DNA of 64,000 nt from Eledone cirrhosa (lineage: Eukaryota). A program made the translations under genes and the position numbers. The notes beneath the pieces were generated by a model. That model did not search any database. It was not told the origin of the DNA and was given only the letters and a program-made list of their open reading frames with translations. Below are positions 26,935 through 39,635 of this stretch, piece after piece. The DNA is taken from the NCBI GenBank assembly GCA_964016885.1, contig OZ024741.1, forward strand, positions 169,322,001-169,386,000. The letters are read 5' to 3'. Every line of letters starts with the position of its first letter. Position 1 is the stretch's first letter.

Positions 26935-27068
26935 TTTATACTCCAAGATTGAACGGGATTTACTAACCAGATTCTTGCAAACTTGTGGAGTTACCTCTAA
27001 CCGTACGTTGGAAATTGTCCAAGAAACTGGTTATCTTAACCACGAACTGGATTACAATAAGCATTTTC

Positions 27069-27109
<41 letters not shown>

Positions 27110-27112
<3 letters not shown>

Positions 27113-29845
27113 TCATCATCATCATCATCGTTTAACGTCCATCTTCCATGCTAGCATGGGTCTGGACGGGAATTGTCCCACTTGAGGCAAGATTGGTTGT
27201 CTTGCTCAGGACTGTCTGGCGGGTTTTCTACAGCTGGATGCCCTTCCTAACACCAACCACGTTTACAGTGTGGACTGGAAGGTTTTTACTGTGTTACCTA
27301 CACGGCCACATTACAGCGTAGACTGTGTGTTTTTTTTTTGTCGTGACACCTACACGACCTCATTTATTTAGGACTGGATTTTGTGGTACCAACATAGCTT
27401 TACATTGAAAGGGGTGGTATAGATGGCGGTGGGGGTAGGGGTAGTGGGACGGGGGTGTATTTTGGTTAAGAGGTGCCTACTGACTAGGTTTTGCTTTGTA
27501 CTCAGGCAAGGCGGGTCTTCTGTATTACTACGTAGTGCCAAAGATCTCGGTCCAGTGACATTGTCTTGGAGAGATGTGTGTGTGGTTGGATTTTATCAAG
27601 TCGTCCCAGGTTTTTCTGGGTCTGCCTACTCCGTAGCTACCGCCTATTTTGATCGCCCTGCACTTTTTTATACAGCTGTCATCTTTCATGTGCATCATGT
27701 GACCATACGAACGTAGTCTTCTCTCGAGTAAACAGCATCTGATCCCTCTTATTCCTAATTTCTCACTTAGTTCATTTATGCTTTGCCGTTCGCGTATATT
27801 ACTATTACACATCCAATGAAGCATGCAAGCTTCGTTCCTCTCCAGTCTGCGTAGATCCTCTGCACACAAGGTCCATGTCTCACTGCCATGTAACATCGCT
27901 GTTCATATGCAGGCATCATACAGCCTGCCTTTTATTTTTAGAGAGAAACCTTTAGCGGCCAATAGTGGTATAAGCTCTCTGAACTTTTTCCATTCCGTTC
28001 AGTCTCTAGCTACAGTACTTTCGGAGCACCCTCCACCCCTGCTGATTTTGTCACCCAGGTAACGGAAGGTGTCCACTATTTCTATAGAACTATCTGGGCA
28101 ATGGAATGAGCTAGTATTCTGTGGGCATTTGCTGCTACTTATTGCCCCAGAGCACCGGCCACATATAAAATCTATATTCTTAGTTAGCTTACCTGTGATC
28201 CCACTACATCTTTTATGCACCCATACTTTGCATTTGGGACATAAAATGGAGTTTCTGCCTACCCCTTTCCTACACACTGAGCATGGCCATTTCCCAGATG
28301 GGACCAGTGCCCTATTCTCCTTCCTACATATTAGGACTTTAGTCTTAGACAAGTTAACTTTAAGGCCTTTTGATTCTAGGCCGTGCTTCCATGTTTGGAA
28401 TTTCTTCTCTAGTTCAGCCATTGATTCAGCTATGAGCGTTAGATCATCTGCGTATAGAAGTTCCCATGGGCAGGCAGTCTTGAACTCCTCCGTTATAGCT
28501 TGGTGGGCGATAATAAATAGGAGGGGGCTAAGGACTGAGCCCTGATGAACACCAACTTTTACACTAAACTCTTCACTATATTCGTTGTTAATTCTAACCT
28601 TGCTGACTGTTTCTTTATACATGGCTTTTATAGCTCTCACAAGCCATTCATCTATAGCTAGTTTTCTAAGAGCCCACCAGATAATGGAGCGGGGGATTAT
28701 GTCAAAGGCTTTCTCCAGGTCTACAAAAGCTAAGTAGAGGGGTTTACTTTTAGCTAGGTACTTCTCCTGTAATTGTCGTACAATGAAAAGAGCGTCTGTG
28801 GTACTTTTACCTGACACAAACCCAAACTGCATTTCATCTAGATCAATTCGCTCTCTGATTAGTTGCGCTATTACTTTTTCTGTGACCTTCATGACCTGGT
28901 CAATTAATTTAATGCCTCTATAGTTTCCCCTATCTAGGGCATCCCATTTACCCTTGTAGCAGTTAATGATTATGCTGCTACGCCAGTCCTTTGGTACGAA
29001 CCAATTCTGTATAACTTGGTTTACTATCCGGGTGACCATAGTGTGTCCCACCGTTTCAGATGCTTTCAGCATTTCAGCAATTATTTCCGAAGGCCCAGCC
29101 GTCTTGCCCATCTTCATATCTTTGATTTCTTTACTTATTATACTACCTTCAACTTGCACTGCTGGTCCCTCTATTGGATCGATGTGAGGGAGGCTGTCTT
29201 TCTCCCATTTATTCTCCTCATTTAGTAGCCTTTCGTAGTGAAACTTCCAAGCTACCTTCTTATCAGCGCCAGTGATGGCAAGTACACCATCATCATTACG
29301 GACACACTTCTCCCAGACAATATCACGGTTCTCCTTGACACATTGTCTAGCAATCCTGAACACCTCACGTTTTTGGTCCTCGCGTTGTAGAACATGCTTG
29401 AACTTTCTTTCCTCTGCTTCCCTTCTTGCGAAGTACTCTTGTCTCCTAGCTTCCCTCCTGGCCACTTGATAGTCTTCTCTACTTCCCCCATCCCACCATA
29501 CTTTCCAAGCCTGCTTTTTGGCCTTGATCGACTCCTCCACCTTACTGTTCCAGCACCAAGTTACTCTCCTCCTACCTGTCGCCTTCAGCAGGTTAGCTTT
29601 CAGGAATTCCCACTGTTCCTTTATATTGTACGACTCTAATTGTTCTTCCTTACTGTCAAAAGCATCAAGTAATATGCTTTTAAATTTATTACTGGCTGTG
29701 GGGTCCTTTAACTTCCATATTTTTCTCCTAAGGATAGTCCTCCTCTGTTGTCGAATACGTCTCGTCCTGACTATGAGGTCGTTAACTATGAGGCTATGTT
29801 GGGAGGTGCATTCTTCATGGGGGAGGGATTTGAAATTATGCTAAG
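27110..29845 (-). mobile_element. RTE LINE, 5'-truncated (end of APE, RT, PHD-type finger)
   Basis: 513-aa ORF 27999-29540, a stop, then the C-terminal part; 3'UTR and (GAT)n. Confidence 0.95.
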
Positions 29846-29849
29846 AATA

Positions 29850-30122
29850 TACAGCTAGGAAGTAAAAGAAGAAAATTATTTGTCCCCAACCTGTCAAAAT
29901 AAGCAGAATTCTTCAATAATTAATGCAAAAGAATAATTTTGCTATCGATTTTTTATTGCTCAACGTGGGTCGATTTGCAAAATGTTTGTGATGTGACCAT
30001 CTTAGCGACAGGTGCAACATGCACAGAAATTTTTGGTCAAATTCGGTTGGGAATTGTAAAAGCCTTAGCTGTCCAAATTTGTCCACAGACACACACACAT
30101 CCTCACTTTTATATATATAGAA
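29850..30122 (-). mobile_element. Probable non-autonomous Helitron 5' portion
   Basis: Minus strand starts TCTATATATATAAAAGTGAGGATGTGTGTGTGTCTGT, typical of Helitron 5' ends; no clear 3' hairpin. Confidence 0.45.
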
Positions 30123-30176
30123 GATATATATATATATATATGTATATATATACACATATAATACATATTATGTATG

Positions 30177-30239
<63 letters not shown>

Positions 30240-30285
30240 GTGAGAAAGAGAGAGAGAGAGATAGAGAGAGAGAAAGAGATAAATA

Positions 30286-30351
30286 CAGGGTGTCCCCATA
30301 AACTTATAAGGATGCCGGTGAAGTGTGTATACATTTTGGGGGGACACCATG
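30286..30351. mobile_element. Tiny Tc1/mariner-like MITE
   Basis: TA-CAGGGTGTCCCC...GGGGACACCATG-TA. Confidence 0.55.
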
Positions 30352-30423
30352 TATATATATGTGCATGTGCATGTATGTTTATAACATACAGATATATATA
30401 TATATATATCTGCATGTTATAAA

Positions 30424-30795
30424 CATCATCATCATCATCATCATCTTTTAACGTCCATCTTCCACGCTTGCATGGGTTAGGACGGGAATTTTCCCACTTT
30501 AGGCAACATTGGTTGTCTTGCTCGTATAGGACTGTCTGGCGGGTTTTCTACGGCTGGATGCCCTTCCTAACACCAACCACGTTTACAGTGTGGACTGGGA
30601 GGTTTTTACCGTGTTACCTACACGGCCACATTACAGCGTGGACTGTGTGTTTTTTTGTCGTGACACCTACACGACCTCATTTGTTTCGGACTGGATGTTG
30701 TGGTACCAACATAACTTTACATTGAAAGGGGTGGTGTGGATGGGGTGGGGTGGGTGGGACGGGGGTGTATTTTTGTTAGAGGTGCCTACTGACTG
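30424..30795 (-). mobile_element. RTE 3'UTR fragment
   Basis: Family match. Confidence 0.85.
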
Positions 30796-30815
30796 TATAT
30801 AAACATATATATATA

Positions 30816-31053
30816 TTAGACTAAATAAATTTCTAGCCTGATAGTGGGGTTTATAACCCTCGGAGAAATGGAAAAAGATGAGTGTTGCCGTAACTCATCT
30901 TTTTCCATTTCTCCGAGGGTTATAAACCCCACTATCAGGCTAGAAATTTATTTAGTCTAAAATACGGTGAAAGCTTATAATTTCTAATTTCTAATTTCAA
31001 ACTCGTGCACCGTTTCAAAAACATACTTACATGTTTACGTTTATAATTTGCTT
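30816..31053. mobile_element. Second copy of the tRNA-like unit family, with its own ~68-bp-arm palindrome
   Basis: ACTCATCTTTTTCCATTTCTCCGAGGGTT...CCCCACTATCAGGCTA shared with 5992-6043; palindrome 30816-30960. Confidence 0.8.
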
Positions 31054-31073
31054 GTATATATATATATATATAT

Positions 31074-31214
31074 ATATGAAAGACGTAAAATAAGAAAATT
31101 ATGAAAATTAACTTACTTACTAAAATTTCACACAAACTAATTAGTTTCTGAAAGGGAATAAACATGGTTTCTTTCGGAAACCATGTTTATTCCCTTATTT
31201 TACGTCTTTCATAT
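31074..31214. repeat. Nested inverted repeats beside (TA)n with a GAAAC-CAT-GTT half motif
   Basis: ATATGAAAGACGTAAAATAAG / CTTATTTTACGTCTTTCATAT outer arms; inner GGGAATAAACATGGTTTC hairpin. Confidence 0.7.
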
Positions 31215-31323
31215 AATTGTTCTGCATCCCCTTGCATTGAACCACAAAGTTACTAAGACAAAACCTATATATTTGCTAGCATAGGTATGCATCTGTATAT
31301 ATATGTTGGTAGATATACTAATT

Positions 31324-31364
<41 letters not shown>

Positions 31365-32059
31365 CATATACACAGAGAAATGCAGAGCACTGAAAATATC
31401 AGTCAGGCATTTTTTTCAACTTTTCAAACAACTTGAAACAATATGTTGTTGAAGTACTACCTAATCTCTAATAGTTTTATCATCAATCCCATAGAGGTGG
31501 AAATATCTTGCATCCTACATCCCCAAACAACCTCCCTACTTAATACAATCAGATTAAACTTAGCTAACCCACAAGAATGAGACCCATGAGTTGGACTGGC
31601 TCTCTCAGTGCTCATTTGCATATAGTGAAAGCTTGGTTTGTTTGTATTTAATTGCACTAAGACAGGGCATTTCCAGCCAGTGTTTTCTATTTGCTGTATG
31701 CAAATGAGCATCTCCAGAAAATGTACATCACGCAAAATTCTATATAGTCTATTGTCTCTGTCATGCCAATGCAGTTGTACTGAAATACTAATGATGAAAT
31801 ACTAATGATGAAAAGTTAACAATCTTAAAACAGCACTGTAGGATATTTTCAAAATCTACTGGTAACTGATATATTCACATAAGAAAATAGAGAAAAATAT
31901 AATCTTTTTTTTTTATATGAAAAAATACTTTTCTTCAGTAGTGACGCTACCCATATGCTTATTGTATATAAATGTATTGTATATGTTTTCATATGTTTTC
32001 ATATACACTTATATTAAACTTAAATGGTGTCTTAGTGCTACTACCAAATCTCTCACTCT

Positions 32060-32355
32060 AGGGATAAACTGTAGTGAGCAGGAGAGAAGACTGCATTGGC
32101 ATGGACATGTGATGTGCATGGAGGATGGCTGCTGGGTAAAGAAATGCCAAGAAATCCCAATGGAAGGAAGACGCAGTAGAGGAAGACCACAAAGAATCAT
32201 GGGCGGAGATGGTGAGAGCTGACCTCAGATTGCTGAAGCTCACAGAGGAAATGACGAAGGACCGTGACGAATGGAGAGATGCTGTGCTGAAAAGGACCCA
32301 TCCCACCCTTGCAAGCAAAGAAAAGCAAATATAAAATGATGATGATGATGATGAT
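32060..32355 (+). mobile_element. RTE 3' fragment (second subfamily)
   Basis: QERRLHWHGHVMCMEDG...GRRSRGRP; (GAT)n. Confidence 0.85.
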
Positions 32356-32468
32356 ATATATATATATATATACATCCTTATGTAATTGATGGATGAAAGA
32401 AAGGAGTACTCAATACTGAAGTAGAGTTTTAATATTCATTGTTATCATAGCTAAAAAGGGAATCTTAT

Positions 32469-32515
32469 TATTCTGGAGTTTCACTTGTTTATCACAGAGT
32501 CATCAGACAAGAATA
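32469..32515 (-). ncRNA. Degenerate hammerhead motif (cleavage triplet lost)
   Basis: tattcttgt-CTGATGA-ctctgtgataaacaagt-GAAAC-tcc-agaata. Confidence 0.45.
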
Positions 32516-32532
32516 GCATTTTGGGGTTGGTT

Positions 32533-32597
<65 letters not shown>

Positions 32598-32636
32598 ATA
32601 TATATATATGTGTGTGTGTGCATATATACACATATG

Positions 32637-32673
<37 letters not shown>

Positions 32674-32712
32674 ACATATATATATATGTGTGTGTGCATA
32701 TATACACATATG

Positions 32713-32744
<32 letters not shown>

Positions 32745-32824
32745 CATATATATATATGTGTGTGTGCATATATACACATATGTATATATGTGTGTGTGTG
32801 TGTGTGTGTGAGTGAGTGTGTGTG

Positions 32825-32855
<31 letters not shown>

Positions 32856-32931
32856 ACATATATATATATGTGTGTGTGCATATATACACATATGTATATA
32901 TATGTGGGGGGGGGGGTGTATATATATATAT

Positions 32932-34030
32932 CTCTTAATCTTAGGTTCTTCCGTGCCATTTGGTGCACGATTAGCGGCGGCTTTTCCACCAATGCTTGCT
33001 AGGATGCTCCCCAGATATGTGAAGTGATCGACTTCTTCCAGGTCTTGTTGGTTGACTCTGATCGCTGGAGCTGTGTTGCTGGCTGTTCTTATCACCTCAG
33101 GCTGATCTTTTCCCCACTCTCTTACATGTCTGCACTGTCTTCAGCAATAAAAGCAATGTCATCGGCGAATTCCAGATTCCTTAGCCTCTACTGGCCTCTC
33201 CATGGTATTCCTCAACTGGGTGCTTCATCTGTTCACCTCATAACGAAATTGGCTGCCAACAGGAACAACAGTATAGAGAGAATGCAACCCTGTCTGACTT
33301 CATGTTGTCGTGACCAACAGCTTCCTCTACCTCAGCACCTTCTTTTTCCAGCCAGATGCGTGTGTCCCACTGGCAGCTTCACTTTACTAGTCGGTCAATT
33401 TGACGGTATGCGGCATCTCTTTTCGCTTGGTCTTCCTCTAATCTGGCAGAATCTTGTTCAACTTTCACCTTCTTTCATTCGTCAATCAAGTCCCACGCTG
33501 GATCCATTGTTCTTTCCTTGTTCCTTGCTTTGGGCCAACAGTTTCTCGTGCTGCTTCAGTCACTGCTGTCGCAAACATCACCCATTTATCTTCCACATCT
33601 GCAGCCTCACTCAACTGCTGGAATCGGTTTTGCAGCAGCAGCTAGTACAGTCGAGCTTGACCGTGATCCTTCAGCTACTCCACTGCATACGGCTTCAGTC
33701 TTTCTTGTCGTGTCCATTTCTTTAGGCGCAGCTGAAGTTCGACACTCAGTAGGCGGTAGTCTGAGCCCAAGTCTGCACCTCGGTACACTCTGACATTGCG
33801 CACCGAGGACCAACAGCACTGGTTGATGCAGACATAGTCGATCTCATTGTGGCTTTTCTAGTCCAGAGACTGCCAAGTAGCTTTGTGAATCACCTTGTGT
33901 TTGAAGTAGGTGTTGCTGATGCACAGGTTTTTGATGATGCAAAGGAGCTGTTGTCTCTCGCCATTGTCCCTGGTGATTGTAGCAGAAGTGAACGGTCAAT
34001 CTGAGCATTGAAATCGCCAATCAGAATTAC
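32932..34030 (-). mobile_element. Degraded, internally deleted RTE-like LINE (third family)
   Basis: GDFNAQI, NTYFKHK..HKATW, NEIDYV, RQGCILS, LEEVDHFTYLGS remnants. Confidence 0.75.
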
Positions 34031-34478
34031 ACCTCACCAAGGTAATGACACAGGACCGTGACCTCTGGCGCTATGCAGTACTATAGAAGACCCACCCTCC
34101 CATATGCTTGAGCTGAACATATATCTAATAGGCAACACTTTCCTCTACCTTCTCCCCTCCCATACACCTCACTTTGTGGTTACCATATCTCCCCTATTAC
34201 CTACGTCCGCAATTTCCCCAAGCTTCCTCCCACTCCCAGCCTAGTTCCAAGACAAAACTGCCCAGTCCACACTGTACTGTGTTCATGTAGGTGACACAAC
34301 AAAAAGCACCCAGCACACACTGTAAATGTGGTTGGCATTAGGAAGGGCATCCAGCTGTAGAAACCAAACCAAACCAAAATCTGCCCTCAGTAAGCTAAAC
34401 ATGGTCCTCTGACCTGATTCTCTCCCATGCTAGTGTGGAAGATGGACGTTAAGCACTGATGAAGATGATGATGATGAC
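34030..34478 (+). mobile_element. RTE 3' end fragment
   Basis: MTQDRDLWRYAV plus 3'UTR and (GAT)n. Confidence 0.75.
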
Positions 34479-34573
34479 ATATATATATAAGAATATGTTT
34501 AAAATTCAATAGTATTTAAAACATTCATTATGTATAAAAATATGTGTTCAAAATACTGTAGTATTTAAAACAT

Positions 34574-34604
<31 letters not shown>

Positions 34605-34723
34605 ATAAGTGAAGGCTAAGGGAATCAACTCCAACAGTAAATAATTAAATTATATCAGAAGAGAACTCCTGACCCACCAGCTCTCAACTATGAGGGTGAG
34701 ATTTACTCATTCATAGATAAATT

Positions 34724-34754
<31 letters not shown>

Positions 34755-34775
34755 TCAGTCCCTGAAATAAGATAA

Positions 34776-35297
34776 TCATCATCATCATCACTGTTTTATG
34801 TCCATTTTTCGATGCTAGAATGGGTTAGATGGATTGTCCTATTGTGGGCAACGCCAGGTCAGAACTGATTCTGACTTGATTTCTAGAGCTTAACACCAAC
34901 CTCATTTACAGTGAATACTGGGTGCTTTTTTACCATGGCACTTACATGACCACTTTTTCGATTTTAGTGCTCTGCACCTTTTTATGCAGCTGTCATCATT
35001 CATACACATCACATGTCCATACCAACGTAATCTCCTCTCCTGCACACAGCATTTGATTCCTCTTATACTAAAATCGTTTATACTTTGCCGTTCGCGTATG
35101 TTACTATTACACATCCATCGAAGCATGCAAGCTTTGTTTCTTTTTAATCTATGCAAGTCTTCTACACACAACGCCCAGATCTCACTACCATGTAACATTG
35201 CTGTTTGTATGCATGCATCATACAGTCTGCCTTTCATTTTCAGGGAAAAGCATTTTGCAGCTAGCAGTGGTAGTAGCTCCCTGAACTTCTTCCAGGC
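34776..35297 (-). mobile_element. RTE 3' fragment
   Basis: KGRLYDACIQTAMLHGSE...RRLRWYGHV. Confidence 0.85.
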
Positions 35298-36342
35298 AAA
35301 ACAGAATAGCTTCAGATTTAGAAATAATTTACTATAAAGCAGATCACTGAAGAGTTATGTCGTCAAATTCAAGATGAGGGTTGAAAAAACGAGAAATATT
35401 AAACAAAATAATTACAAAAAGTCAATGTTTAAAGTTCTGTGATATTCTTGGCCTTAAAACTGATATATTAACACGAGAGATCAAATGAAAACATTTTCTC
35501 ATACACTTTTAACATGATATTTTATTACTACACACTATTCCTACAACACAAAACACAGCATACCACAACTTCTGTCACATGAAATTAAACAAAAAAACAA
35601 ACATTTTTCAAGTAGATGCATAAAAAAACTTGTGGAAAAGTCAAATTTATTGAAAATTCTGTGATCTTTTTGGCATTAAAATCTGATATTTTAACAGAGA
35701 AAGAAATCACTCCTCATCTTCCTATTCATTTAGTGGCTGCATGAACATGTTGACAAGGACATTCAATTGACACTTGGAATATGCACAAGACCTAGTGGTT
35801 AGGGTGTTATACTCAGAATCATAAGGTCATGGGTTCAATTCCTTAACCAGGCAATACATTGTTTACTTGAGCAAGAGATATCATTTCACATTGCTTTTTA
35901 TGATAGAAGTATGACACGTATCATTAAAACACCTGACGTGTATTGTAGTAGGATGCCAACTAAACCTGCATAGATGTGAGCTGTAAATTTCATTTTATCA
36001 TCATCATCATTACTGTTTTACATCCATTCTTCCACGCTAGCATGGGTTGGATGGGTTGTCTTGTTGTGGGCAATGCCAGGTCAGGTGGCCTTGTTTTGCT
36101 CATACAGGAACTGATTCTGGCTTGATCTCTACAGCTTGATGCCCTTCCTAACACCAACAGTGAGTGCTGCGTGCTTTTTTTCAGTGGTGCCTACACGACC
36201 ATTTCACAGTGTAGGCTGGGTGCTTTTTTGTCGTGACACCTCCATGACCACTTTGCAGTGGGAGGGGGTGGGGTCATATTCTCTATATGCTTCAGCTTCA
36301 GCTTGTACCCGTGGGAAACATATATACACACATATATATAAA

Positions 36343-36391
<49 letters not shown>

Positions 36392-36394
36392 CAA

Positions 36395-36780
36395 TCTGAG
36401 TTTTTCGAATATTTATAATATTCGATTCGTTTGCAATTATGCAAACAGTGTCTTAAGCCATGTCAGTAGAATAACCCCGCCATTCTTACTCTTGTGTTGG
36501 CATACAAACAGAATGGCAGTGTGCTAATATGCAAATCAGGCTAATCAGTTACTGAATATTCCAGAAAATATCATATATTTTCACTAGCTCTGACAGTTGG
36601 CAGGTAAACAGTATATGGTACTGATGAAGGGGAATCACCCAGAAACATTAGTGTCTGCCATTCTGTTTGTATGCCAACACAAGAGCAAGAATGATGGAGT
36701 CATTCTACTGACATGGCTTAAGAGGCTGTTTGCATAATTGCAAACGAATCAAATATTATTAATATTCAAAAACATCAGAT
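36395..36780. mobile_element. Penelope-like relic: ~130-bp inverted arms around a hammerhead
   Basis: Arms about 36395-36530 and 36645-36780. Confidence 0.75.
36615..36661 (+). ncRNA. Compact type I hammerhead ribozyme motif, intact-looking
   Basis: atggta-CTGATGA-a-ggg-gaatca-ccc-a-GAAA-CATTAGTG-TC-tgccat; GUC cleavage triplet. Confidence 0.8.
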
Positions 36781-37132
36781 TTACATTTCTTGTATTCAGC
36801 CATGAAGAACGATAAAACTTATTTGTTATATATATCATTCTACTGCAAAGTGGTCGTGGAGGTGCCATGGCAAAAAAGCACCCAGCCACACTGTAAAAGG
36901 GACGTGTAGACGCCACGGAAAAAAAAGCACCCAGCACTCACTGTAAATGAGGTTGGTGTTAGGAAGGGCATCCAGCTGTAGAAATCAAGCCAGAATCAGT
37001 TCCTGTATGAGCAAGACAAGGTCACCCGACTGGACACTGCCCACAACAGGACAATCCATCTAACCCATGCTAGCGTGGAAGAACGGACGTAAAACGGTGA
37101 TGATGATGTTAATGATGATGATATATATATAT

Positions 37133-37890
37133 CTTGGTTGTCTATCGTAAACGATGATGACATCTTCTTTATTTTAGTTCCCATCTGCCGTGGGCACGAA
37201 GTTGGCTGTGGAGGCCAATCCTTGACTTGCAGGTCCGGGGACAGTGGGGGCAGGGGAAGAGACCGGAGTCGCTTGGAGCAGCTATTGATGCCTTTCTCCT
37301 CCTTTCACGGGCCTCAGTGACCTCTGCCCGTCTCTTCTCTTCAAAAGAGTCTTTGGCACCATCGCCGCAGGGCTTTGGGAGTGCACGCTAAAGAAGAAAC
37401 CTGTGTGGGAATGGTTTATAGTGGGAGGGCCAGTGCACAGTGATGGTCCCACTCACTCGGCCGCAGAAGCCAGAATCCGGTGGTACGGTGGACTGTCACG
37501 ACCAGGGACTTCCTTGTCTGCAGTGGATGGCCACGACATCTGTAGTGCCTTGCCGTGCCCTAGCACTCCACACCACTTGCTGTCACTGCCTTCGTGACCG
37601 TTAGGACGATGTTGTCCTCCTCCACTCACTCCGCCGGGTCCAGTCTTCGCATGCAGGGGTAGGCATCCCCTATCTAACTCAATGGGGGGGGGGGGTTCAG
37701 ACCCGCCCGGCTACCCTCAACCAGGTTCAGCCTGCCAGCCAAGGTGGTTTACCGGGGTGTGGCCGATGTTGCATGCTACAGCTTCTTGGGGCCACAGGTG
37801 AGAGCTGAGTGTCAGCTGAGTGTCCTGAAAAGGGCATGGCTAGCTCTCCCCCCCCTACAGAGGTACATGCCCCTCCCTGACACCCCAGGC
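37133..37890 (-). mobile_element. Non-autonomous bipartite RTE element (5'UTR joined to the extreme 3' end)
   Basis: GC-rich 5'UTR joined to FPCPHCPRTCKSRIGLHSQLRAH, an RTE-1-type C-terminal zinc finger; no EN or RT. Confidence 0.75.
37714..37886 (-). ncRNA. HDV-like self-cleaving ribozyme candidate at the RTE 5' end
   Basis: P1 GGGGTG/CACCCC followed by GG, P3 TGGC/GCCA with CC in L3, J4/2 GGCTGAA, imperfect P2 CTCTCACCTG/CTGGTTGAGGG. Confidence 0.6.
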
Positions 37891-38141
37891 ATATACACAC
37901 ATATTTACATACACATACATATGTACATGTGTATATACATATTTACACATTTTTGGATAGCCGTTGACTCTTATGAGTTCTTCCGCCCTTTGTCAGGTTT
38001 TGTTTTTTGTCCTGCAGGGTGTCCAAAATCACCCTCCTCACCAAGTAAACTTGGTGGGGTTGCCAGTTTAGTCGCCGACGACGACCATGTGACAGGTTGT
38101 ACTGGTTTACATGTTACCAGTAGCACTCAAGAGTGACCTGA

Positions 38142-38198
<57 letters not shown>

Positions 38199-38948
38199 AT
38201 ATTACTATCATCATTTCATGTCCATTTTCTCTACTAATAAGGGTTGGGTGGGTCTTCATAGACCATGTCAGTTTTTAATCAGGGTCTGCATCATGCTTAC
38301 ATACATTCCTGCACTCTACTGAATGTACTGGGTGCATTTTATTGTAGTACCAGCACTAGAGTGATTGTCATGTCTTTGACCCAAAGTTCTCTCCAGATGG
38401 ATGCCCTTCTTATAACCAAACACTTTACAGAGTGTACTAGGTGTGTTTTATCATATCACCAACACTAGAGAAATTGTTGTTCCCTTGACACAACTAAAGA
38501 GTTCTCTCAAGCATAGTTTACCTTGGTTTCTACAGATGGATACCCTTCCTGTCACTAATCACCTTACAGGATGCACTGGATGCATTTTTCATGACACAAG
38601 CACTATATCACACACACACACACACACACACATACTTATGCATGCATAGAAAGTTGGACATGCTCCATAATATGCTAGAAAGTGCAACTCACTCTCTTCA
38701 AGGTCACCACCATTATGCCTCACTTGCTCTTCCACAGTTGTGGTGCCGTGACAAAATGCATCCAGTCCATCCTGTAAGGTGGTAGTGGTTGCACCAGAAA
38801 AAAACGATAGCCACCCATAGAAAACCAAGCCAAAAATGGATTGTGTGTGCAAGACATGGTCACCTGAGCTGTCTAGCCTACTTGACAGCCCATCAAACCG
38901 ATGCAAGCATGGAAAATAAACAATAAAAGTTAATTATATATATATATA

Positions 38949-39341
38949 TCATCATCATCATCATCATCATCATCGTTTAACGTCCATATTTCATGCTTGC
39001 ATGGGTTTGGATGGGAGTTTTTCCACTTGAGGCAAGAGTGGTTGTCCTGCTCGTATAGGACTGTCTGGCGGGTTTTCTACGGCTGGATGCCCTTCCTAAC
39101 ACCAACCACATTTACAGTATGGAACTGGGAGGTTTTTACCGTGTTGCCTACACGGCCACATTACAGCGTGGACTGTGTGTTTTTTTGTCGTGACACCTAC
39201 ACAACCTCATTTGTTTCGGACTGGATGTTGTGGTACCAACATAACTTTACATTGAAAGGGGTGGTGTGGATGGGGTGGGGTGGGTGGGACGGGGGTGTAT
39301 TTTCGTTAGAGGTGCCTACTGACTGTAGTAGGTTTCACTTT

Positions 39342-39345
<4 letters not shown>
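38949..39345 (-). mobile_element. RTE 3'UTR fragment
   Basis: Family match; flanked by (TA)n. Confidence 0.85.
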
Positions 39346-39396
<51 letters not shown>

Positions 39397-39409
39397 TATA
39401 TATATATAG

Positions 39410-39635
39410 GGCAGGTAAAATTCCTGAGATCCATGGACGGGTTCTATCCCGTGTCTCCCAGACACCAGTGTCTGTCCTTAGGGCAACAGCATATGTCATC
39501 CTCAGTCTCTATCTTCCAGTGTGTCCGTGAAGGGGCTCCCACAGGATCACTGAGTGCAGTGTCAACTCTGAATGTCGGTGAGCATGTTCAGCTAGCCTCA
39601 TTCTACTCTATGTCACTTTTGAGATGACTTTTGGG
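39410..39635 (-). mobile_element. RTE-like ORF C-terminal fragment
   Basis: SRMRLAEHAHRHSEL...ILWEPLHGHTGR*RLRMTY...LRTDTG. Confidence 0.6.

Noticed and set aside
33024-33725. 233-aa plus-strand ORF
   Set aside because: Antisense shadow of a degraded RTE; the same applies to plus-strand ORFs over the R4 and RTE copies
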